From contig JABCTC010000014.1 of NCBI GenBank assembly GCA_018238545.1, positions 1-64,000 of the forward strand: DNA of 64,000 nt. The letters are read 5' to 3'. A model generated the notes under the pieces. It searched no databases, had not been told where the DNA came from, and saw only the letters and a list, made by a program, of their open reading frames with translations. Of the stretch, positions 56,112 through 64,000 are shown in pieces. The stretch is from Candidatus Heimdallarchaeota archaeon. GTDB taxonomy: Archaea; Asgardarchaeota; Heimdallarchaeia; Heimdallarchaeales; Heimdallarchaeaceae. Each line of letters starts with the position of its first letter. The stretch's first letter is position 1. Made by a program: the position numbers and the translations under genes.

Positions 56112-56993
56112 TTGAATACTATGGATTCCCTATCTAATCCTTTCGACATGTTCAATACTTTTCTGTTTGATGGTGACGGAGTTATCTATAAGGAAAATGA
56201 GCCTCTTCTTGGAGGAATAGAATTTATCAAGTTGTTACAAAAAAGAGAAAAAAAGGTTTTTTTACTCACAAATAATAGCACAAAAACTAGAGATGAATTT
56301 AAAGCTAAATTTTCTGCTTTAGGTTTAGATTTACCTATTGAGAATATTCTTTCATCAGCATACTTAACAGCTCACTATATATCTAAAGAAAAACCCTCTG
56401 CTAGTGTATATATTATTGGTGAGGAGGGTCTTAAGAAAGAATTTACCAATTTTGGAGTGGATATTGTAAACAGAAATGAAGAAACTAATGAGGAAGACAT
56501 CTTTGCTATGGATATGAATAACATAGATTATGTTGTGACAGGGATGGATAGAGAATTAAATTATGTTAAAATCTCTCGAGCAGTTAATATACTAATGTCA
56601 TATGAAGAAACAAAATTCATTGCAACAAATGCTGATTTTACTTTTCCAACGGTTCAAGGTCTTATACCAGGAGGTGGGGCAATGATAAAAATTCTTGAGG
56701 AACTATCAGGAAGGAAAGTAGAAACAATAATAGGTAAACCTAATTCGGAAATGTTTGAAATTGCAATAGAACTCTCACAAACCAATAAGGAGCAAACAAT
56801 TATGTTTGGAGATAGATTAGAAACTGATATTTTAGGTGCAAAGCTAGCAGGAATAAAAACTTGTCTAGTTCTTTCTGGTGTAACCTCCATGAAGGATTTG
56901 GCTGATCTCACGGATGAAAATAGTCCTGATTTGATAATGAATAATCTACAAGATGCATACGATTCTTTTCTAAATACTAACCTAGAAAAATAG
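56112..56993 (+). CDS. HAD-IIA (NagD-like) phosphatase
   Basis: FDGDGV, LTNNS, IATNAD, IGKP, GDRLETDI, VLSGV. Confidence 0.92.
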   Translation: MNTMDSLSNPFDMFNTFLFDGDGVIYKENEPLLGGIEFIKLLQKREKKVFLLTNNSTKTRDEFKAKFSALGLDLPIENILSSAYLTAHYISKEKPSASVYIIGEEGLKKEFTNFGVDIVNRNEETNEEDIFAMDMNNIDYVVTGMDRELNYVKISRAVNILMSYEETKFIATNADFTFPTVQGLIPGGGAMIKILEELSGRKVETIIGKPNSEMFEIAIELSQTNKEQTIMFGDRLETDILGAKLAGIKTCLVLSGVTSMKDLADLTDENSPDLIMNNLQDAYDSFLNTNLEK

Positions 56994-57063
56994 AAAAACA
57001 ACAACAAATACTATTCGCAGTTAATCCCCCTACATTTTTAAATATTTAATACTACATTCTTAC

Positions 57064-59871
57064 GTGAGATATCTAACGAAAATTAAATACCACATTGGTT
57101 GCTTTGTACTGATTTGTTGTTGCATTTTCTCCTACAGTTCAATTATGAACGTGCAATCATCTAATCTAGTTAATGTAAAAGAAACTAAACTATCTATAAA
57201 TGATATATTTAGAGAAACAAAATTTCTTGAACAATTCACAAAAGCAAACTGTGATACTGAATTCAGGGTGGTTGTAAAAATATCTCCAACTACAACTGAG
57301 TTATATTTGGAGAAATTTGGGCACAGTATATCTTATTTTCATTCTTTTCAAGGTCTAGCTATCTCGATTTCCAAAGAAAATTTACTTCATCTGATACATA
57401 AACAGAAGATTAACGAAATTTGGAATAATTCTCTAATTTATGGTGCAAATTCAGTCAATGAACTCTTGATTAATGACACAAGATCCCTCTGTGATTTCAA
57501 TGAAAAAATAGGTTCAGATTTTTTGTGGAATTTAACTCTATATGGAGACGATGTAAAAATAGCCATCTTGGATACAGGATTGAACGCAAGTAATCCAGCT
57601 TTGAATCAAACAATGACTCATCAAAGTAGGATAATTGGTAAATGGAATTTTCTTCAAAGAAATGAAGATGTTTTCGATGATAATGGACATGGAACAGAAG
57701 TAGCTGGTATTATAGGAAGTAATGGATTATTCGGTTATATGTCTGGAGTTGCTCCTAATTGTAAATTCTTGATAGGGAAAATCTTAGACTATAATTCAGT
57801 TGGAACAGTAGAAACACTTATTCAGGGAATTGATTGGGCTATAGAGAACGATGCCGACGTAATTAATCTGTCGTTAGGAAAAGTAGTTTCAAATTTAACC
57901 TCTCCAGAAGTAGAAGCAGTAAATTTTGCAGTAAAAAGCGGCGTATTAGTATGTGTCTCAGCAGGCAATGCTCGCGGAATAGAAGAGTTTGGTTACAATG
58001 ATCTTCACACAATACTAAGCCCTGGAATTGCCTCTAAAGCAATTACAGTAGGAGCTATTGATAATAATAATGTCCTTTATGAATACAGTAGTGCTGGACC
58101 AGTAGCTATAAATTTTGACAGCGAAACTTCTGACTATCTATATGACTCAATTCCTAAAACTACAACTTGGCTAAAACCAGATGTTGTAGCGCCCGGTGTT
58201 CTTCTTAATACTACATCTGCAAATGGAAAAAATTTGAATGTAGTTTCAGGAACTAGTTATGCAACTGCTGTTGTTTCTGGGTTATGTCTCCTTCTAATAC
58301 AACAATACTATGACACAGATCCTTCCTTAGTGAAAGCTTCATTAATTAAAACTTGTAATCCAATATCGCTGAATGTTGTTTCCCCATTTTTACAGAATAT
58401 TAACATACCAATTGCTCCATATTTTCAAGGTTCTGGTTTAGTAGATTCTTCTGGGGCTTTTTCATATATTAATACTCATGGAGATTTTGCATTAACGAGT
58501 TCATTAATCCCTTACTTGGACAATTATTATTTCAAAAATACAGAAACAAGTTTCAATATCCAGTTATACGTACATCAAGCACTTGACAACATCGAACTAA
58601 CAATTTCTGAAAACTTAGCAAATGTTTTGTATGTTTCTCCTCTTCCCTCTTCATTAGCTGTGGGTCAATATGATCTCATGATAAATATTGATACTGAACA
58701 AGCTCTAACTGGTTTCCATCAAGGATTTTTAATGTTTGAAAGTGCTGATTCAATTCAAAAAATTAATGTTGCATTTAATGTGAAAAAGGCTTATGGGAGA
58801 ATTTTACTAGATTACCAAGATGAAGGAAGCGATATCAGATATTCTTTAAATGGTAATCTATACAACATTATTTCTATTTCAAAGAAATATGGTCTAATAC
58901 CCATAATTAATTCACAAGATATACATTACTCCACATTTAACTCTATGAATCTCAATGAATTTGAAGTGATTGCATTAATCAATTCGAAGAATACCTTGCT
59001 TAACCCAATTTCAAACGCAGATGTAGCTGCTCTTTCTGATTACGTTCTTCCAGAAGGAGCATATTCAGGAGGAGCTTTAATTGTTTTACCATCAAGAAAT
59101 AGTGATTTTAATATAATAAACGAGATACTTTCTGAAGTTAATGTATCCTATTACCAAGATTTTTCTGTAAATGTTAGTTTAGATGTATCTTCATCGTTTA
59201 ATATCTTACTTTCAGACCCATTTTTCTTAAATAATCTTTTTCTTCCATATCCTGTTTCATTAAATGTAACTAATACAAATTACAATCCTTACAGTGACAA
59301 ATTGGTTTATGGTAACCAACATTATTCAAATGGTTCTCTCTTCGTAGGGGGAAACACTTTAGACATGTTTCTGGATTCTCCTTATCTCTATTCATCCTAT
59401 GAATCTGAATACTCAGAAATTTTCGTGAGCGCATATTATGGTGATAATTATCAACTTCTTGAAAATATGATAAGTTCAACTGTGGTTAGAAGTTTGATGT
59501 TCAACTATTCTCTTAAATCCTCAGAGGTTTCTATAAAAGACAATATAATGATGACCATTAACTCTGCAAATACATTAAAAATTATGCCAAATTGGGAGTT
59601 TTATATGACGCTTTCAAATGAATATGGCACGCACGTTAAAGAAAACACGTTTGAGTCATTCGCTAATGGTACAACTATTTTCAATATGAAAATCGAAGAT
59701 ATGGATATCTCAGCAGGCTCGTACATTCTGAAAATTCATTCATTGTCTGGAACAGAATCTTGGGATATCAAAATTGTTGCATCTGTTTCATTAGGACCTA
59801 TAATAATTAGTGTATCGCTAGTTCTATGCAGTGTTTTCTTAATTATGTTTAGGAAGAAAACTAAGAAGTAA
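57064..59871 (+). CDS. Membrane-anchored S8 (subtilisin-like) serine protease with long C-terminal extension
   Basis: Triad ILDTG / GHGTEVAG / SGTSYA, oxyanion AGN, KPDVVAPG, signal peptide, C-terminal TM + RKKTKK. Confidence 0.9.
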   Translation: MRYLTKIKYHIGCFVLICCCIFSYSSIMNVQSSNLVNVKETKLSINDIFRETKFLEQFTKANCDTEFRVVVKISPTTTELYLEKFGHSISYFHSFQGLAISISKENLLHLIHKQKINEIWNNSLIYGANSVNELLINDTRSLCDFNEKIGSDFLWNLTLYGDDVKIAILDTGLNASNPALNQTMTHQSRIIGKWNFLQRNEDVFDDNGHGTEVAGIIGSNGLFGYMSGVAPNCKFLIGKILDYNSVGTVETLIQGIDWAIENDADVINLSLGKVVSNLTSPEVEAVNFAVKSGVLVCVSAGNARGIEEFGYNDLHTILSPGIASKAITVGAIDNNNVLYEYSSAGPVAINFDSETSDYLYDSIPKTTTWLKPDVVAPGVLLNTTSANGKNLNVVSGTSYATAVVSGLCLLLIQQYYDTDPSLVKASLIKTCNPISLNVVSPFLQNINIPIAPYFQGSGLVDSSGAFSYINTHGDFALTSSLIPYLDNYYFKNTETSFNIQLYVHQALDNIELTISENLANVLYVSPLPSSLAVGQYDLMINIDTEQALTGFHQGFLMFESADSIQKINVAFNVKKAYGRILLDYQDEGSDIRYSLNGNLYNIISISKKYGLIPIINSQDIHYSTFNSMNLNEFEVIALINSKNTLLNPISNADVAALSDYVLPEGAYSGGALIVLPSRNSDFNIINEILSEVNVSYYQDFSVNVSLDVSSSFNILLSDPFFLNNLFLPYPVSLNVTNTNYNPYSDKLVYGNQHYSNGSLFVGGNTLDMFLDSPYLYSSYESEYSEIFVSAYYGDNYQLLENMISSTVVRSLMFNYSLKSSEVSIKDNIMMTINSANTLKIMPNWEFYMTLSNEYGTHVKENTFESFANGTTIFNMKIEDMDISAGSYILKIHSLSGTESWDIKIVASVSLGPIIISVSLVLCSVFLIMFRKKTKK

Positions 59872-60244
59872 GTACCTGATAAACTTTCTTTGCATGTTTT
59901 CCAAGAACATTCATTGCTAAAGCAAGGCTATAATTCTCTTTTGAAGCTGCTAATACAATAAATCTATCCAAATTTTGGAGAATAACAAATCCTTCAGATC
60001 CTTTTATTATTACCTGATCAAGGCTTCCACATTTAATCTGCCCTACTGTTTGTTGTCCTGCCGAATTCAAAGCGGAAGCTAAAGCAGACATGATTACTTG
60101 GTCTGTTCCTTTTTCAGCAAAAAAGGCTAGTTCTTGACCCTCTGAGCTAACTACTGCAATTGCTTCCAAACTACAATCTTTTGAAATTTCTCTTAAAATT
60201 TCCAGTAAATTATTCTTTTTTTCAGGCGCTAAATCTCCAATCAT
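59861..60244 (-). CDS. Roadblock/LC7-domain protein
   Basis: EAIAVVSSEGQELA..MSALASAL..LDQVIIKGSEGFVIL. Confidence 0.85.
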   Translation of the reverse strand: MIGDLAPEKKNNLLEILREISKDCSLEAIAVVSSEGQELAFFAEKGTDQVIMSALASALNSAGQQTVGQIKCGSLDQVIIKGSEGFVILQNLDRFIVLAASKENYSLALAMNVLGKHAKKVYQVLTS

Positions 60245-60287
60245 AAAAACAATAAAACATCTAAAAATTAAAAAGTTTCTTCTAGTT

Positions 60288-60923
60288 CTAGATTAAACGA
60301 TGTCTGTGTGTTTTGCACACAGGTGTATATACTTCTTCACTTGAGCCTTTATTTTTATAGATCCATCTATTGTAGACATACGCAGGTTTACCACAGATAT
60401 AACACGAGCGCTCATCTCTGAGAGGAAATTTCTTTCTAGACGTCCTATTCCAATGATCTTTGAAATCTTCAAAGCTATCAGTATACTTCTTATGAAATCT
60501 TTTAGCTTCCTCATCTTCACTCGGTTTCTTGCCTAATATGAACAAGATATAGCTCCAGACTGCTATTGTAAGTATATTTCCAAAAGATTTGATAGGTATG
60601 TAATGATAACCACTTAATTTAATTGTACTAGAACTGTGTCCTGTTGCATAATCTATCATTAGGTCTTTTCTGTGAGATTTTTGACCTACATCAATGCCAT
60701 ATTTTTTGGATATAGCGACGAGTCGTTTACTGAGTTCATCAAATAACCAATCCACAGTTTTTTGGCTACCTTTTCTTCTTACATTTAGAAATTTTATTTC
60801 AATAATAGGAAAAGAGATCGTAATAAAGGTTTCATTTACAGAACTATTAGCCTTTCTAACCAGATACTCATAGATTTCAGATGGGAAGGTTATTTTCTTT
60901 CTTTCAGTTGACAACTTATTCAC
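60288..60923 (-). CDS. Hypothetical protein with C-terminal C3H Zn finger
   Basis: CYICG..PVCKTH. GTG start. Confidence 0.6.
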   Translation of the reverse strand: MNKLSTERKKITFPSEIYEYLVRKANSSVNETFITISFPIIEIKFLNVRRKGSQKTVDWLFDELSKRLVAISKKYGIDVGQKSHRKDLMIDYATGHSSSTIKLSGYHYIPIKSFGNILTIAVWSYILFILGKKPSEDEEAKRFHKKYTDSFEDFKDHWNRTSRKKFPLRDERSCYICGKPAYVYNRWIYKNKGSSEEVYTPVCKTHRHRLI

Positions 60924-60983
60924 TTATGGGTAGTGATATACTAAAGAAATAGATGTTTCCCCCCCTAAAAATGTAACGCTAAA

Positions 60984-61313
60984 TTAATTCTTTTTAATAG
61001 TTTCTTCAATTAATTTACTTAGTTTTCCTCGATTTGAACCTATTAGAGAACTGTATGGTTTACCTTCTTTGAAGATTATGAAAGTAGGTAGACTTTGCAC
61101 CATATATCTTTGTGCAAATGTATATTCTTCGTCCATATTCATTCTTACGAATCTCATATTTTGACTATGCTTTTCAGCTAATTGCTCAAAAAGAGGCTCT
61201 ATACTCTTACATGGTCCACACCATGGAGCCCAAGTGTCAACAATTATAAGCTTAGATTCGTTTTTCAATATTTCATTGAATTCATCAGTAGTTATATTAG
61301 AAACGTTACCCAT
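60984..61313 (-). CDS. trxA: Thioredoxin
   Basis: WAPWCGPC, SLPT. Confidence 0.95.
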   Translation of the reverse strand: MGNVSNITTDEFNEILKNESKLIIVDTWAPWCGPCKSIEPLFEQLAEKHSQNMRFVRMNMDEEYTFAQRYMVQSLPTFIIFKEGKPYSSLIGSNRGKLSKLIEETIKKN

Positions 61314-61528
61314 ACTTTTCCCCTTTACTCAGTAGATAGTTTTGTTCGAAATTTCTTACACTTATATTTATCTGTTACTTTTGTATTAGGAATTTTATCA
61401 AATTATAAATTTATGTAAAACATTGGTGGAAAATTACTTCTATGAATATACCTCGTAGAAGCAAACTTTTTATTGTTAATAACGCTTTTTAGCAAGAAAA
61501 GAGTTATATTCAAGGAGTAATTTAAAAT

Positions 61529-63553
61529 ATGATTTCACGTCCTTACGATGAAATAAAACAATTGATAGAAAGTTATCTCGAGAAGGAATTTTCAATGAAA
61601 TCTGATTTGATTTGGTCAAAGCCACCTTCAATTGAATTAGGTGATATTAGTTTTCCTCTTTTCAATATTGCAAAAGAGCTAAAGATTAAACCTATAGAAC
61701 TGGGTGAGAAAATAATCTCGGAAATCAGTTTTCCAAAAATTATCGAGAAAGTAAATCTACAAGGAGGCTTTCTTAATCTGGCATTCAACAGAAGTATTTT
61801 CGTTACTCAAGTACTTCAAACAATTTTGGAACAAACTAAATATGGTCAAAATTCCAGTCTGAACTCTGAAAGGATAATTGTTGAGCATACTTCTAGCAAT
61901 CCAACCGGCCCCCTTCATATTGGTAATTTTAGGGGTTCAGTTCTAGGGGATGTTCTTGGAAGACTTTTTTCATTTCTAGGAGCTGCAGTTAATGTACGAT
62001 ACTATGTAAATGATTTAGGAAGACAAATTGCCCCCTTAGTAATAGGCTATTTTCTTTTGAAAGAAACAAAATTTGAAATTGAAGAAAAAGGTGACCTATG
62101 GCTTGGTAAAGTATATGCTAGCATGTACACATTTCTAGAGATACAACAACTCAAAAAGAAGTTAATCGTGCTAGGCTGGAAACTTCAAAGCAGTGCATCT
62201 CTCTATAGTTTAGATGATTCTGATCTCAAGACCATACCTGATTTCTTGAATATTTTACCTGTAGAAAATAAAGAAAAAGACAATACCCACAAATGGTTTT
62301 CAAAATTAGCAAGAATCCAGAGCTCACTTATTGAAAGAATCCCAGATGTATATGAAAAACTCAATAAATTGACATCTTCAAGAATAGAGAATTTAGAATC
62401 TATGACAAATCAGTATGTTAAGAACTATCAGGAAGGTAAGGATAAATCAATAGTTGAAAAGTTTAGAGAAGTTACAAAAATGGCTTTAGATGGACATGTG
62501 GAGACCTTAAACCTATTTGAAATATATCATGATGATTTTGATTGGGAATCAGATGTAGCTTGGTCAGGTGAAGTTCAAACTATGTTAACTGAATTAGAAG
62601 ACAAGAAATACCTAAGACATGATGGAAAAGCTCGACTTCTAAGAAATGATACAATTGCTGAAGAATTAGGATACAAAACAAAATATTCAATAAATTATGA
62701 AATTCCTGATACTATAATAATAAACTCAGAAGGCATCACTCTTTATCCATGTCGAGATATTGTTTATCATCTTCATAAACTTGAGAAATTCAATGCTTCA
62801 TTATGCTATAATGTAATCGCTAAAATGCAACAATTGCCTCAATTATCTGTCAGATTAGCTCTTTATGGTTTAAACCGAATAGATACTGCAGACAAAGTTC
62901 ATCATTTTGATTATGAATATGTATCTCTAATTGGTAGAAAGATGGCGGGAAGAGAATTTGATTATGTGACACCAGATGAGTTATTCGTTTTAGCTCAGAA
63001 GGAAATTAAAATAATTATTGAAGAGAGAGATTATTCAGAAGAAGAGCAACAAAAAATTATAAAAAAAGTTGCTGCAAGTAGTATCAAATATCACATCCTA
63101 AAAATGGATCCACAAAAGTCTGTAGCTTTTGATGTAAAGAAAGCTGTTGATCCAAATGAAAATTCAGGATCTTTTCTACAATATTCCTATGCAAGAGCAT
63201 TAAGTATTCTTAATAGATCTTCGAAACATGGGATAAATATTCAAAAAATCCTAGAATCTACTGAAAAAGAGAAGCTGATAATAGAAAAACAAGCAGAATG
63301 GGAACTGGTTAAACTAATGGAAGAACTCCCATCAATCTTGGTTAAAGCAGCGAAGTTCTTAAGACCAGATTCTGTAGCCAACTTTTCATATTCACTTGCC
63401 TCAGCGTTTCACAAATTCTACGATGCATGTCCAGTATTAAAAGCAGAGAATCCCAAATTAGTTAAGTCTAGAGTAATGATTGTACTTTCAATAACTAAGT
63501 GTTTAGAAAGCTTGTTCGAAGTAATGGGTATTGAAACATTAGAGAAAATGTGA
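61529..63553 (+). CDS. argS: Arginine--tRNA ligase
   Basis: VEHTSSNPTGPLHIGN, YYVNDLGRQ, KMAGR, LQYSYAR, FHKFY..CPVL, ends EKM. Confidence 0.96.
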   Translation: MISRPYDEIKQLIESYLEKEFSMKSDLIWSKPPSIELGDISFPLFNIAKELKIKPIELGEKIISEISFPKIIEKVNLQGGFLNLAFNRSIFVTQVLQTILEQTKYGQNSSLNSERIIVEHTSSNPTGPLHIGNFRGSVLGDVLGRLFSFLGAAVNVRYYVNDLGRQIAPLVIGYFLLKETKFEIEEKGDLWLGKVYASMYTFLEIQQLKKKLIVLGWKLQSSASLYSLDDSDLKTIPDFLNILPVENKEKDNTHKWFSKLARIQSSLIERIPDVYEKLNKLTSSRIENLESMTNQYVKNYQEGKDKSIVEKFREVTKMALDGHVETLNLFEIYHDDFDWESDVAWSGEVQTMLTELEDKKYLRHDGKARLLRNDTIAEELGYKTKYSINYEIPDTIIINSEGITLYPCRDIVYHLHKLEKFNASLCYNVIAKMQQLPQLSVRLALYGLNRIDTADKVHHFDYEYVSLIGRKMAGREFDYVTPDELFVLAQKEIKIIIEERDYSEEEQQKIIKKVAASSIKYHILKMDPQKSVAFDVKKAVDPNENSGSFLQYSYARALSILNRSSKHGINIQKILESTEKEKLIIEKQAEWELVKLMEELPSILVKAAKFLRPDSVANFSYSLASAFHKFYDACPVLKAENPKLVKSRVMIVLSITKCLESLFEVMGIETLEKM

Positions 63554-63563
63554 GCGATAATAT

Positions 63564-64000
63564 ATGTCAAATAATGATAGAATATTTGGTGGGTTTGATT
63601 TAACTTTTGTAGATATCAACATTCGCCCATTAGATGTTAATAATAACTTAATTGAAAAATTTCCTGCTCTAGGTTCTCATCATGCTAAAACTGATATAGA
63701 GTTCACACCTGGTGGCAATGGATTCAATTTCTGTCGTACATTAGCTAATTTAGGTAGAAAGGTTACATTTGTAGGTGCTTCATCAGATTTCTTTGAAAAT
63801 CTTGTTTCGATGAGGAAAATACCTCTGGAAATAGAAGTTATTGATTGTGCTAAAGTAAATTACACTTCAATCCTCAATCTAAATGATGGGGAAATACAGT
63901 TCAATTCAGTGAAAAACAATCTATCACCTAATCACTTGACTGAAAAATTAGTGTCCATCTATCGTGGAAGTAAACTGAAGCATATCAGCAACATTGCACT
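63564..64000 (+). CDS. PfkB/ribokinase-family carbohydrate kinase (3'-truncated)
   Basis: MSNNDRIFGG..FTPGGNGFNFCRTLANLGRKVTFVG matches PfkB signature 1. Open to the window end. Confidence 0.7.
   Translation, partial: MSNNDRIFGGFDLTFVDINIRPLDVNNNLIEKFPALGSHHAKTDIEFTPGGNGFNFCRTLANLGRKVTFVGASSDFFENLVSMRKIPLEIEVIDCAKVNYTSILNLNDGEIQFNSVKNNLSPNHLTEKLVSIYRGSKLKHISNIA

Noticed and set aside
1-64000. tRNA/rRNA genes, CRISPR arrays, transposases, integrases, Sec/Pyl read-through or programmed frameshifts
   Set aside because: By eye I found no GC-rich structural RNA islands, spaced direct repeats, recombinase motifs or split genes. tRNAscan-SE/Infernal would be needed to exclude small RNAs fully.

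Overview
A gene-dense, AT-rich archaeal chromosome segment, almost certainly from an Asgard archaeon and probably Heimdallarchaeia. The basis is archaeal information genes (TFB, Kae1, Bud32, archaeal PheRS/AlaRS/ArgRS, SepF) together with eukaryote-signature-type proteins: six roadblock/longin-like proteins, an Rpn11-like JAMM protease, a RING protein and a eukaryote-type primase. There are about 58 CDSs. I saw no rRNA, tRNA, CRISPR array or recognisable mobile element. One clear box C/D guide sRNA (6225-6279) is missing from the ORF track. The best candidate for an undescribed system is 11704-18456. It holds three paralogous proteins sharing a 'KYP'-motif roadblock-like domain (two fused to an N-terminal longin-like domain), a membrane Zn-ribbon protein, a very acidic disordered protein, an atypical kinase and a tail-anchored JAMM deubiquitinase-like protease. 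Together these suggest a membrane-associated signalling or trafficking module. Other highlights: an 8x winged-helix/PCI-like + RING E3-like protein, a dinB-priL-priS operon with strongly eukaryote-like primase subunits, a cofE-folP pair (likely non-canonical folate glutamylation), and three apparently inactive paralogs (GcvH without the lipoyl-Lys, a degenerate Cdc6/Orc1-like AAA+, a GH57 without its nucleophile). All family calls come from motif recognition by eye; no searches were run.
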